Origin: Candidatus Sumerlaeota bacterium
GTDB taxonomy: Bacteria; Sumerlaeota; Sumerlaeia; Sumerlaeales; Sumerlaeaceae
Assembly (NCBI GenBank): GCA_026398535.1
Contig: JAPLSQ010000082.1
Span: 20,003 to 84,002 of the forward strand
Length of the DNA stretch: 64,000 bases
Direction: 5' to 3'
Below the pieces are notes generated by a model, which was not told where the DNA came from, searched no databases, and was given only the letters and a program-made list of their open reading frames with translations. Shown piece by piece: positions 1 to 9,412 of this stretch (its first letter is position 1; every line of letters begins with the position of its first letter). The translations under genes and the position numbers were made by a program.

Positions 1-355
1 AGCGCTCGCTCTCCTTGGGCGGACGCATCGTGCCCGTGATCTGGTCGCCTTTGCGCAGGTTGAACCGGCGGATTTGCGAAGGGGAGACGTAGATGTCGTC
101 CGGACCGGCCAGATAATTGTAGTCCTGCGACCGCAGAAAACCAAAACCATCCGGAAGAATCTCAAGGATGCCCTCGCCATACAGGCCGTTGTCCTTCTGC
201 GCATCCCTTTGGGTGGCGCTCGAGACCTGCACGATCTTGAAGATCAGGTCCTGTTTGCGAAGGTTGCTGTAACCTTCGATGTTGAGCTGTTTGGCCATCT
301 GGCTCAGCTCGGCGATTGTGTTTTTTTTGAGTTCCTCAATATCCATGGAAGACAT
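1..355 (-). CDS. rho: Transcription termination factor Rho, N-terminal part; the gene continues beyond the window start
   Basis: Reverse-complement translation from the ATG (complement of 353-355) reads [43 protein letters not shown]...[49 protein letters not shown]. This matches the Rho N-terminal and CSD-like RNA-binding domain. The ORF track omits it because the frame has no stop inside the window; the +74..448 ORF is its antisense. Confidence 0.8.
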   Translation of the reverse strand, partial: MSSMDIEELKKNTIAELSQMAKQLNIEGYSNLRKQDLIFKIVQVSSATQRDAQKDNGLYGEGILEILPDGFGFLRSQDYNYLAGPDDIYVSPSQIRRFNLRKGDQITGTMRPPKESER

Positions 356-424
356 CTCCTTTGTTGTTTGAAAGGCGCCGCTCGCGGCCGCCAGACTCAA
401 ATTGCTCAGTGCGTCGTGTGGAAT

Positions 425-1024
425 TCAGCGTGTTATGTCAAAGCCTGATTTATCAAGGATGCCGGCAACCTGTTTGCGGGTGTCGCGCAATGCTCCATCA
501 TTGTTGATGACAAAATCAGCCATCGCCGTCTTCGCGGCATCCGGCATTTGTGCCGCAAGCCGCCGGTCAATTGCCTCCGGCGTCATTCCCGGCCTCCGGC
601 GCAACCGCCGCCGCCGGGTCTGATCGCTTACAACCACGACAACCACGCGATCCACAAGCTCCTGCATCCGGTTTTCCAGCAACAGAGGAACCATCAGCAC
701 CACGAGAGGTTTGCCTCGATGCTCTTCAATCTGGCGAATCTCCTCGGCGCGCACTTTCGGATGCACGATGGAATTTAACACATCAAGCTTGCCGCTGTCA
801 GCGAATACTGTTTCCGCCAGTTTCAGGCGGTTAAGCGTGCCGTCAGCGTTCAGAATCCCGCGTTCGAAGACAGACACAATTTCCTCGTATGCGCTGGCGC
901 CGGGCTGTTGAACCTGGCGGGTGATTTCATCAGCATCGATGACATGCGCGCCGCCAAGTTCGGTGAACATTCTGGCCACTGTGGATTTCCCACTGCCCAG
1001 TGATCCCGTTAATCCTATTATCAT
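425..1024 (-). CDS. coaE: Dephospho-CoA kinase
   Basis: P-loop GLTGSLGSGKST at the N-terminus, ~199 aa, overall CoaE layout (…HPKV…VVLMVPLLLE…). Confidence 0.85.
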   Translation of the reverse strand: MIIGLTGSLGSGKSTVARMFTELGGAHVIDADEITRQVQQPGASAYEEIVSVFERGILNADGTLNRLKLAETVFADSGKLDVLNSIVHPKVRAEEIRQIEEHRGKPLVVLMVPLLLENRMQELVDRVVVVVVSDQTRRRRLRRRPGMTPEAIDRRLAAQMPDAAKTAMADFVINNDGALRDTRKQVAGILDKSGFDITR

Positions 1025-1551
1025 TTGGAGTGATTTTTTTTCAAGGGATAAGCGGAATTAAATGACCAGTGGAGAGTCCCGATCTGCCTGACTCGTGTCC
1101 TGAATACAAGAATGCGGAAAAAAGTTTCAAATAAAATATGCAGCAAGCAATGCGATAAGAAACACCGCGCATCCGCAACCCTGCCCGGCGCAACCCTGCC
1201 TGAGTTGCTGCCATTGCAGGTAGTCGTAAACTTCATCCTCCTGATCAGAGCCGTTTTCTTCATCGGTCATGGATTATGATGATCTCCGATCCGGCCGGTT
1301 TATAGCGATGACAAATGTCATATGCGCAAAAACGGAACCGGCATCTTCCCAGAAGTTATACACAGCTTCAACAAAGAAAAGGTAGCCAAAAGAAATTTAC
1401 TACTACGACTTCCATAGATACCAAGATCCACGGAACACGGGACATACAAAACAGAGGGAAAGTGAAAGAATGAGCGCACACACGGATTTGACCCTGTGGC
1501 TCGCCCCGCCTCTGTGGTTGAAAACATTTCGAGTTTGATTGAGTCTCAGGA

Positions 1552-2493
1552 TTGAGCGCGGAACGCAGAAAGAAGAAATTTCACAACGATGACCGGAGCG
1601 TTGGCAACCGGCCGGTCGGGGCGGCTTTGCGGTGGGTTGCCAGCCGGCGATTTCCGCCGCGCCGCATGAACGCCGTCAAAACCGAACCCGCTGAGTATCC
1701 CAAGGAACCATGCCCCCAAGGCCATGTGCGCATTTTCTTTATCGGCCACAGCACGCTGCTCATCGAATTCGGCCAGATTCGCATCCTCACCGATCCGATC
1801 TTCAGCATGACGTGTTCGCCCGTGCGCGGTTCGGGTCCGCGCCGGTTTTCGCCTCCCGGCATTCCCTTCGAGCAGCTTCCGCCAATCGACGCAGTCATCG
1901 TCAGCCACAACCATTATGACCACCTCGACCGCCCGACCATCCTGCGCCTCGGCAATGAGCCGCGCTATATCGTGCCGCTGGGTCTGCGCCGATGGTTCAG
2001 GCGCCGGCGATGCAAGGACGTGCATGAGCTCGACTGGTGGCAGAGCATGGAAATTGAAGGAATGAAAATCACAGCCACCCCCGCGCAACACTGGAGCAAA
2101 CGCACACCGCTCGACACGAACAAAACACTATGGTGCAGTTTCGTGATCGAGGCCGGACTCTGCAAACTCTTTTTCATGGGCGATTCGGGCTATTTCGCGG
2201 GCTTCAAGCGCATCAGGGACAGGTTCGGCGCCATGACAATCGCCGCGCTCCCGATCGGCGCATATGCGCCACGATGGTTCATGCGTGACATCCACATGAA
2301 CCCCGAGGATGCCGTGCGCGCCTTTGACGACCTGCGGGCAAAGCATTTTGTCGCCATCCATCACAGCACTTTCCAGCTCACGGATGAAATGCCGGACGAA
2401 CCTCCGCGGCGCCTCGAGGTGGCGTGGCGCCGGGCGGGACACGACCGCGCGCGGCTTTGGATACCACAGGCCGGCGAGCATCGGCTGTTTTGA
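1552..2493 (+). CDS. MBL-fold metallo-hydrolase (NAPE-PLD/COG2220-like)
   Basis: HxHxDH-type motif (VSHNHYDHLD), 'GDSGYFAGF' and a C-terminal 'HFVAIHHSTF' typical of beta-lactamase-fold Zn hydrolases. Start codon uncertain. Confidence 0.65.
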   Translation: MSAERRKKKFHNDDRSVGNRPVGAALRWVASRRFPPRRMNAVKTEPAEYPKEPCPQGHVRIFFIGHSTLLIEFGQIRILTDPIFSMTCSPVRGSGPRRFSPPGIPFEQLPPIDAVIVSHNHYDHLDRPTILRLGNEPRYIVPLGLRRWFRRRRCKDVHELDWWQSMEIEGMKITATPAQHWSKRTPLDTNKTLWCSFVIEAGLCKLFFMGDSGYFAGFKRIRDRFGAMTIAALPIGAYAPRWFMRDIHMNPEDAVRAFDDLRAKHFVAIHHSTFQLTDEMPDEPPRRLEVAWRRAGHDRARLWIPQAGEHRLF

Positions 2494-2503
2494 GTTTCGC
2501 GTC

Positions 2504-2767
2504 ATGCAAGATTCATCATTCATGAATGATCTGCTGCTATCAGTCCGCGGGGAAAAACAAATCAGCAAAGGGCAAGGCTGGGCGCAGGCGGATGTGCAGC
2601 TTCGGCGCAGGCACAATCTGATTCCAAGCCTGATGGCAACGGTGACGGGGCTTCGCGGCCACGAGCGCAACCTTCAAACTGAACTTGCGGAAATTCGCGC
2701 GCAACCCGCCGCCACGCCCGGGCGAGGCGGGAACAGATCCCAAGGGCATCGCCCCCACGAGGGATGA
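2504..2767 (+). pseudogene. LemA-family protein remnant; only the central conserved core is present
   Basis: The 88-aa ORF contains the LemA core (…GWAQADVQLRRRHNLIPSLMATVTGLRGHERNLQTELAEIRAQ) but lacks the N-terminal TM helix and the whole C-terminal half of a normal ~190-aa LemA. Confidence 0.4.
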
Positions 2768-2931
2768 ATTTCCGAAACCGCACCCGGGCAACGACATAAA
2801 TTTATTGTTAAATAATGTTGTGGCATTCTTTTTTCCCGGTACGTTTAAACCGAATGCCAGAAAAGCATGGGTATGTTCATGCAACTATGGCATGAAGATA
2901 AATCATTTTCATGAAAGGAAGAGTGTGATTA

Positions 2932-3713
2932 TGCTGAGAAAAGCTTTTTTGATTATGACAGGAGCCTGTCTGTTGACGTCACCCGCGTTATCTGCCACGA
3001 TTGGTGATGATCTTCTTGCATACTGGCAGTTTGACGAGGGCTCGGGCACGACGACAGCCGATTACAAGGGCGAAGCAAACGGCACGACGAGCGGCGGGAT
3101 TGTTTGGACGACAGGAGCGGACGCGAAGTATGGGGGCGCCCTGCGTTATGACGGCGCCGATGGTTGCGTGCTTCTGCCCACGGGCGGCAGTCTGGCCAAC
3201 CCAAGCACTTCGGCCATGACATTTTCCGTGTGGCTCAAGGCTGATGAAGCGGTCGGCTCCATTGTGGGCAGTTACCGCAGCATTTTCAACAGTTCCGCCG
3301 GTCAGGATTACTATATCTGCTATTATGACAAGGGCAATAACCAGTTGCGCTTAAAAGTATCCTCGACCAATAGTGGCATCACCCGCATCGGAATCGCTGG
3401 CGCGGATGTGCCCGTTGACACTTGGTATCATTTCGCGGGGGTCTACGATGGCACTAACACGATTGTTTACCTCAACGGCGTTCAGAAAAGTTCTCTCACG
3501 GGCGCCAGCGGCCAGTTGAAAGACGGCCAGGTGTCGGGCATTGGCGTCAAGGGCGCCAGCGCTCAACAGTATTGGAAGGGCGTCATCGACGATCTCGCGA
3601 TCTGGAAGCGCGCACTGCCCGTGGACCAGATTCAGTTTATCTGCAACAGCAACAAACCGGTGAAAGACATTCTGAATGTGGACACCGCCGTGACGGATTG
3701 GGCGCTTTACTGA
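2932..3713 (+). CDS. Secreted LamG-like / concanavalin-A-like lectin domain protein (Laminin_G_3 type)
   Basis: Signal peptide MLRKAFLIMTGACLLTSPALSA. Motifs: YWQFDEGSG…, TFSVWLKAD, TWYHFAGVYDG…IVYLNGV, IDDLAIWKRAL. AGGAAG RBS upstream of the ATG at 2932; the ORF-track start at 2685 is too early. Confidence 0.7.
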
Positions 3714-4000
3714 GTCCGGCTGAATATCACAGATAGCAGATCAACACATACGGGCGGGATCATTTATGCACTGATTGGGGTGGGGGTAGGGCATGCTGAT
3801 GACCACATTGCGTTTGTGGGGCGTCGGGTTTGCCCTTTGAGTTGAAATGCGCCACATGGCGCGACAGATCGTCTTTCGTGAATGGCGCCGATGCCGCATA
3901 AGGCAGCAACTGGAGATGGCGCAGGCAGTTGAACTCCGGCTGGTTCTGGGCGAAATAGGGCATGGTCAGCTGGTCTCTTTTCACGTGTTGGGATTTTATG

Positions 4001-5761
4001 TCATGGCATCTTATGCTGTTTCCGCGGCCACTCGCGGCAATTGATCACGTCCCCGGCGGCAAGCCACCCTTTGCGGGCCACATTGATGCCTGTGACGATG
4101 TAGCGCAACGCCTCGATGCTGTGTGCGTCGGGGTTGATGGAGAAGCGGCACCCAAGCTGTTTGGCGCGGCGGCAGAGGCGCCAGTCGAGATCGAGCCGCT
4201 GCGGATCGCCGTTGATTTCGATGGCCGTGTCGCATTCGGCGGCGCGCGCCAGCACCTTCTCTGCGTCGAAGGGATAGGCTTCGCGCGCGAGCAGCAGACG
4301 GCCGCTGATATGACCGAGCACATCGGTGCGCGGATTCTCCACGGCGCGCAGCAGGCGGGCGGTCATGTCGGCTTCGCTCATCTGGAAGCGGCTGTGAATG
4401 GAAGCCACAACGATATCCATGGCATCCAGATATTCGTCCGGATAGTCGAGGGAGCCGTCGGTGAGAATGTCGCACTCGCAACCTTTTAGGATGCTGAACT
4501 CGGATGCGCGGAATTCTTTGTTCAACCGGTCGATTTCCTCGTGCTGGCGCGCAAGGTCGCCGCGTTTGATGCCTCGGGCGTATGCGGCCGCCTCGCTGTG
4601 GTCGCATATGGCGATGTATTCGAGCCTCCACGTGTCGCGCGCGGCCAGCGCCATATCGCGGATCGAAGCGGCGCCGTCGCTCCATGTTGAGTGGCAGTGC
4701 AGAACTCCGCGATAGTCATCGAGCGTGATGAGACGCGGCAGGTTGTGGGCTTCGGCGGCTTCGATTTCGCCCATGCCTTCGCGCAGCTCAGGGGGAATGT
4801 AATCGAGTCCGAGCGATTTGTAGAAGGCGGTTTCATCGAGAGCCGCGACGCGCTTGCCGTCGCGGGGTCCCTCCCCGGTTTTATCCGTGACGTGGAAGAT
4901 GCCGTATTCGTTGGCGCGCAGGCCTTGTTTCTTTGCGAGGCCGCGCAGTTGCGTGTTGTGCTCCTTGCTGCCCGTGAAATATTGCAGCGCGCTGGCGAAT
5001 TCATGGCCGGCCACCACGCGAAGATCGGCCTGGATGCCTGAGGACAGAAGAACGCTGGTTTTGGTCTCGCCGAAATTGATGACCTGCGCCACGCCCGGCA
5101 GTGTGATGAAATAATCCATGACATCCCGCGGATTTTCGGAGGATGCGACGAAATCGAGATCGCGGACAATTTCCTTGCACCGGCGCAGGCTTCCGGCTGT
5201 CTCAGCGCGCGCCACGGCCGTGCATGCGCGCAAGGTTTTGAGCAGGGGAGCGGCGGCGGCAAGGGCTGTCGTGTAAAGGAACTGGCCCGCGAATTTGCGC
5301 GTCTGTTCGATGCCGGCGAGAATTTTCCCGCCCGATTTTTCGCCGAATCCAGCCAACTGCGCCACCGCGCCGCTCTTGCAGGCTTCCTCGAGTTCCTGTG
5401 CCGATGTGATGCCGAGCTTTTCGTAAAGCGCGCGTATTTTTTTGGGGCCAAGGTTTGGAATGCTCATGAGCTGGCAGATGCCCGCCGGCGTGCTGCCGCG
5501 CAATTCGTCAAGATGAGACGAGTTGCCGGTTGTCGCCGTTTCGCGGATCACTTTTGCAATTGACTTGCCGATGTCCTTGATGTTTTCAAGCCGTCCTTCT
5601 TCACCGATCAGGTCGTCGAGCGCGGCGGGTTCAGCGGTAAGCGCGCGCGCGGCGTTTTCGTATGCGCGCGACTTGAAAGGATTTTCGTCGTGGAACTCGA
5701 GCAGCGCGGCAATGTCGCGCAATATGCCGGCGATGTCAGATTTGGATAATCTGTCTGACAT
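4001..5761 (-). CDS. polX: DNA polymerase X family protein with C-terminal PHP phosphoesterase domain
   Basis: N-terminal Pol-beta-like HhH region (IAALLEFHDENPFKSRAYENAARAL) and a PHP-domain metal-binding motif (HCHSTWSDG…ICDHS…); 586 aa. Confidence 0.85.
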   Translation of the reverse strand: MSDRLSKSDIAGILRDIAALLEFHDENPFKSRAYENAARALTAEPAALDDLIGEEGRLENIKDIGKSIAKVIRETATTGNSSHLDELRGSTPAGICQLMSIPNLGPKKIRALYEKLGITSAQELEEACKSGAVAQLAGFGEKSGGKILAGIEQTRKFAGQFLYTTALAAAAPLLKTLRACTAVARAETAGSLRRCKEIVRDLDFVASSENPRDVMDYFITLPGVAQVINFGETKTSVLLSSGIQADLRVVAGHEFASALQYFTGSKEHNTQLRGLAKKQGLRANEYGIFHVTDKTGEGPRDGKRVAALDETAFYKSLGLDYIPPELREGMGEIEAAEAHNLPRLITLDDYRGVLHCHSTWSDGAASIRDMALAARDTWRLEYIAICDHSEAAAYARGIKRGDLARQHEEIDRLNKEFRASEFSILKGCECDILTDGSLDYPDEYLDAMDIVVASIHSRFQMSEADMTARLLRAVENPRTDVLGHISGRLLLAREAYPFDAEKVLARAAECDTAIEINGDPQRLDLDWRLCRRAKQLGCRFSINPDAHSIEALRYIVTGINVARKGWLAAGDVINCREWPRKQHKMP

Positions 5762-5856
5762 CCTGACGCTTCAGTATCGTGGGGTTGGCGATTGACACTT
5801 GCTGTTCGTTTTCATACGCCCGCACCGAGCGGGTGGAATCCGGTTCGAGGCGTTTT

Positions 5857-7518
5857 TTAGGGCTTCTTTTCGGGATAGAGCAGGTATTTGGCGCGTATCG
5901 GGAGGAAATGGGCGACCTGTTGATCGATGAACTTGAGGTTGTTCTCGGCGGACACCTTTTCACGGATGCGTGCGCAGAGCACGGCGCTGGTGAGCCCGCG
6001 GAGCTGCATGACGTCATATTGGGGCGCGGTTTTCACGCCTGCCGAGGTTTTTTGCGGGACGTATTTTTCCCCATACTTCGCGCACAGGTATGTCATCACA
6101 CTGACGCCGAGTGCGACAGGCCGGAACTTGCGGCGGTCGGTGATGATGATGCGTCCGCCGCGGCAGGTTTTGCCCTCGCCGATATGCTGGCGCGCGAGCG
6201 TGCCCGTGGGCGTGAAGTCGGCCGCTTCGATCCGGGCGCCCGTGACAAGGCCGCTCTTGTTGATTTCATCGCACATCCCGCGGGGATCGTCGATGAAGGG
6301 TGTTCCGAAAAGATGGAACGGTTCTGTAGTGCCGCGGCCCATCGACACATTGCGTTCAGTCATCGCAATGCCGGGATAAGCCAGTGCGGCGTCGAGGTCC
6401 TGGATGTTGGGTGAAGGATTGACCCAGCGCAGTCCCGTCTGGTCGAAGCACATGTCGCGGGTCCAGTTTTGCGCCTGCACAATGGTAAGCTTGCAGCCGA
6501 GTTTGTTTTCAGCGTTGAACATCATGGCCATTTCGCCCATGGTCATGCCGTGCGCGATGGGCATTTTGAAATAGCTGGTGACGGCGCCGACAAGGTCGTC
6601 ATCGGTGAGCGGCCCGTCCACGTAGAGGCCGCCGATGGGATTGGGGCGGTCGAGTACCATAACCTCAACGCCGAGTTTGCCGCATTCCTCCATCATGTTG
6701 CCCATGTAGCCGCTGTAAGTGTAGAAACGCGCGCCGATGTCCTGCATGTCGATGACTACCACGTCGATGCCCTTCAGGTCCTGCGGGCGCGGATGGTGTG
6801 CTTTAAGGTTTGGGTCCTTGCGCGCGGTATAAAGGCTGTAGACCATAAGCCCGGTGCGGGTGTTGTGAAAATCTTCCACCTGGGTGTCGACGTTTCCGAA
6901 AAGGCCGTGTTCGGGCGAAAAGAGCGCCACAAGTTTCACGTTCGGGTGGCTGGTCATGAGGTCGAGGATGTTGACACTCTCGCGGTTAATGGCCGTGTGG
7001 TTTGTGAGCAGGGCGGCGCGCTTGCCCTTGAGCTGGCGGAAGTCGTTGCGCTGGAGAACATCGAGTCCGGTGAGTGTGGGTCCATCGCCCATCGGGCGGG
7101 AATCGGTTTTGATGACAGGCTCGCGGGCGGTCGTTGGCGGGTTTGTTTTTGCTTTCATGGCGCTTTTTAGCAGCACAGGCGCGGGAACATATGCAAGCCG
7201 GATCAGGCTTGGGCGCAAACTCACCGCGGCTGACGTGCGCGTTTGGGACGGCGAAGGCGCCGGGCAGGGATTGAGCGCGGTGGAGACCGCGGGCCAGGCT
7301 ATGATGGGCGGCGGATTGATGGCCGCGCTGACAGCCGGACCAGCGGGCGCGGCAGAGACGTCAATCATGCCCGCCATTGGAGTCTGACGCGCGGTCTGAT
7401 GAGTTGTGAGATGAACTTCGGATTGGGCCGTTATGGCGGGCCGGCGTTCGGCTCCACAGCCGCTCATACAGACAAGACCCGCAACCGGCATGATGATGAA
7501 TGAATGGAGTGGCCTCAT
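5857..7518 (-). CDS. DUF1343 (NamZ / YzbB-like exo-muramidase family) protein, apparently a lipoprotein with a long Pro/Ala/Ser-rich linker
   Basis: The C-terminal ~430 aa match the DUF1343 family throughout. The N-terminus has a lipobox-like signal (MPVAGLVCMSGC) followed by a low-complexity P/A/S linker. An alternative start at MKAKTNPP (~7159) is possible. Confidence 0.6.
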   Translation of the reverse strand: MRPLHSFIIMPVAGLVCMSGCGAERRPAITAQSEVHLTTHQTARQTPMAGMIDVSAAPAGPAVSAAINPPPIIAWPAVSTALNPCPAPSPSQTRTSAAVSLRPSLIRLAYVPAPVLLKSAMKAKTNPPTTAREPVIKTDSRPMGDGPTLTGLDVLQRNDFRQLKGKRAALLTNHTAINRESVNILDLMTSHPNVKLVALFSPEHGLFGNVDTQVEDFHNTRTGLMVYSLYTARKDPNLKAHHPRPQDLKGIDVVVIDMQDIGARFYTYSGYMGNMMEECGKLGVEVMVLDRPNPIGGLYVDGPLTDDDLVGAVTSYFKMPIAHGMTMGEMAMMFNAENKLGCKLTIVQAQNWTRDMCFDQTGLRWVNPSPNIQDLDAALAYPGIAMTERNVSMGRGTTEPFHLFGTPFIDDPRGMCDEINKSGLVTGARIEAADFTPTGTLARQHIGEGKTCRGGRIIITDRRKFRPVALGVSVMTYLCAKYGEKYVPQKTSAGVKTAPQYDVMQLRGLTSAVLCARIREKVSAENNLKFIDQQVAHFLPIRAKYLLYPEKKP

Positions 7519-7955
7519 TGATTGTCCTCAAACTGATTGACTGTGCATGATTGGTTCGGAATTGTATAAAGCATCATGGGCGATCACCAATTAAATTAAA
7601 CTGAATTTATGAATTATCCGAAAAAGAATCTGGCTGTCAAGCTTCGACGTGAAGAAAGCTATCGTGTGGAGGGCTTGGGCCGCCACGGGGGCGTGAAATT
7701 TGTCAAGGTTGTGGGTTCGCCCGGAGCTTGGCGCATCAGCGGTGTGAACGGCTTGCGGATTGAAGTTGAAGGGCGCACAGTTCACGATGCCTTGCGCCGC
7801 GCCCGGCGCAGCATCCCTTTCCGGCCTATTGTGGTCAGACGCACAGACTTCTCCGCGCGCGCAGAAAGCATGCCCGAAAAAGCGGGCATTCAAAATAAAC
7901 GGGGAAACGCGCAAACCGGAACTCCGGAAACGAATTGAACGGGGATCAGGCGGCG

Positions 7956-8495
7956 TTACAGTTCGTCAATGCCTGGGGGCAATTCGACCTCAATGCGGCG
8001 CGCCGCAAGGTTTACGTCACGCACGATCCCTTTGGCAAACGGAACAAGGAATGAGCGTCCGGCGCGCTCAACACGCAGGTAGTCATGCGCGGAGCCGGGG
8101 ATGACATCGCCGACGATTCCAATAAGGTCTCCGCTTTGCGCGTCGGTCACGCTTGCGCCGGCAAGCTCGCGGGTAAAATATTGTCCCTCAGGAAGCTCCC
8201 ACAGCGCGTCCGCGGGCGTCAATACTTCAGCGCCGGCAATCGTTCGTGCCTGATCCATGTCGTTGATGCCGTCAAAGGCGATGATGATGAATTGCTGGTG
8301 ATAATGAAACGAGCGGAAAGGGTATTGAGCGGGCGGGTTTTTTCCGACTGCAAGCCATAAGTGGGGGGACTTGATTTGTTCGAAAAGCTGTGGGGGGTTA
8401 AAATTCGGCGCCATGCGCACCTCGCCATTGCGGCCCTGTGCGCGGGTGATGTGTCCGATAGTGATCAGATCAATGTCCAACAGATCGCCGTTCAC
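7956..8495 (-). CDS. rimM: 16S rRNA processing protein RimM
   Basis: N-terminal beta-barrel plus C-terminal PRC barrel, 179 aa. Position directly downstream of rpsP and the KH protein fits the conserved cluster. Confidence 0.8.
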   Translation of the reverse strand: MNGDLLDIDLITIGHITRAQGRNGEVRMAPNFNPPQLFEQIKSPHLWLAVGKNPPAQYPFRSFHYHQQFIIIAFDGINDMDQARTIAGAEVLTPADALWELPEGQYFTRELAGASVTDAQSGDLIGIVGDVIPGSAHDYLRVERAGRSFLVPFAKGIVRDVNLAARRIEVELPPGIDEL

Positions 8496-8525
8496 GCTGA
8501 TTCAACGCGGGATTGGGCCAATGCG

Positions 8526-8798
8526 TTATTCGACGATCTGAAGGAGCGCTTTTTTTCTGAGCTTGGTCGCCGAGGCGCTGAGGATTTTGCGCAACGCCTT
8601 GGCTGTCTGGCCGCCCTTGCCGATGACTTTCCCAACGTCATCACCGGCCACTTTGAGTTCGAGAATGATTGAGTTTTCACCCTCGATGACATTAACGCGC
8701 ACTTCTTCTGAGCGGTCAACAAGCGCTTCGGAAATATACTGAATCAGATCTCTCATCTTCTGACCTTCGGATGCTGGAACGCTGCTCATAACGGTCAA
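8526..8798 (-). CDS. KH-domain RNA-binding protein (YlqC/UPF0109)
   Basis: GxxG KH motif (VIGKGGQTAKALRKIL), 90 aa, located between rpsP and rimM. Confidence 0.75.
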   Translation of the reverse strand: MTVMSSVPASEGQKMRDLIQYISEALVDRSEEVRVNVIEGENSIILELKVAGDDVGKVIGKGGQTAKALRKILSASATKLRKKALLQIVE

Positions 8799-8925
8799 CT
8801 CCGCTTCAACAATGAACTGTCAGGCAATGAAGCCTGGTCTTCAACTTATCTCAAGACTTAATGGGTCAATAACTGCAACAACTCCCGCCTTGCGGGAATG
8901 GGATAAACGCGGCTGCCGGTCTTTC

Positions 8926-9219
8926 TCACGTGTCGGCGGTTATCCGCGGGGCGGGTTTGCGCATTTCATGAAACTTCTTCATGATTCCCCGCTTGCGGAA
9001 AATCGACTTCACGGTGTCTGACGGGATAGCCCCGTTGCCAAGCCATTTCAGCGCGCGGGCCTCATCCACATCAACTTTGGGCGGATCGTTGCGCGGCTGG
9101 TAATAGCCGATAATTTCTATGAAACGTCCGTCGCGCGCTTTGCGCGAATCGGCTACGACGACGCGATAGGCTGGAGAATTAATTCTGCCGACACGCGCCA
9201 GACGTATTTTCACTGACAT
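8926..9219 (-). CDS. rpsP: 30S ribosomal protein S16
   Basis: [35 protein letters not shown]… is the canonical S16 N-terminus. Confidence 0.9.
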   Translation of the reverse strand: MSVKIRLARVGRINSPAYRVVVADSRKARDGRFIEIIGYYQPRNDPPKVDVDEARALKWLGNGAIPSDTVKSIFRKRGIMKKFHEMRKPAPRITADT

Positions 9220-9412
9220 TCAATCACCTCACTATAATGTTTGCTGCTGTTTCGGCCAAACAGACAATCTAATATGATTATGCGTGTTGTTTGTTCAATT
9301 TTGCCTTTTTTCAAGGCAAGCTTCGCGACTTGTTTAGTGGCGTCCCGTGGCCATACGCAAGGGAATTCGCGGTCGCCGATTGTGCCGTATGGCCGAAACA
9401 CGGATGGATGCT

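Noticed and set aside
74-448. 124-aa + strand ORF at the window start
   Set aside because: It is exactly antisense to the recognisable Rho N-terminal coding sequence. It is GC-frame noise.
1021-1263. 80-aa minus-strand ORF upstream of coaE
   Set aside because: Low-complexity sequence with no recognisable motif. It overlaps the coaE start and lies in an AT-rich intergenic stretch, so it is probably not coding.
3760-3984. 74-aa minus-strand ORF just downstream of polX
   Set aside because: No family resemblance and an odd composition (His/Gln/Pro-rich). Could be a small protein but the evidence is insufficient.
4011-5451. Long alternative-frame ORFs (224 aa, 309 aa) inside polX on the same strand, and many similar ones inside other genes (e.g. 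34159-34851, 39382-39945, 49003-49626)
   Set aside because: These are Arg/Ala/Pro-rich translations typical of off-frame reading of high-GC coding DNA. Each is fully nested in a gene with strong family evidence.
7609-7938. 109-aa + ORF, and the overlapping 107-aa minus-strand ORF, in the 440-bp gap after rimM
   Set aside because: Both overlap each other. The + ORF is Arg-rich with no domain signature, and neither matches TrmD or RplS, which would be expected here. Left unannotated.
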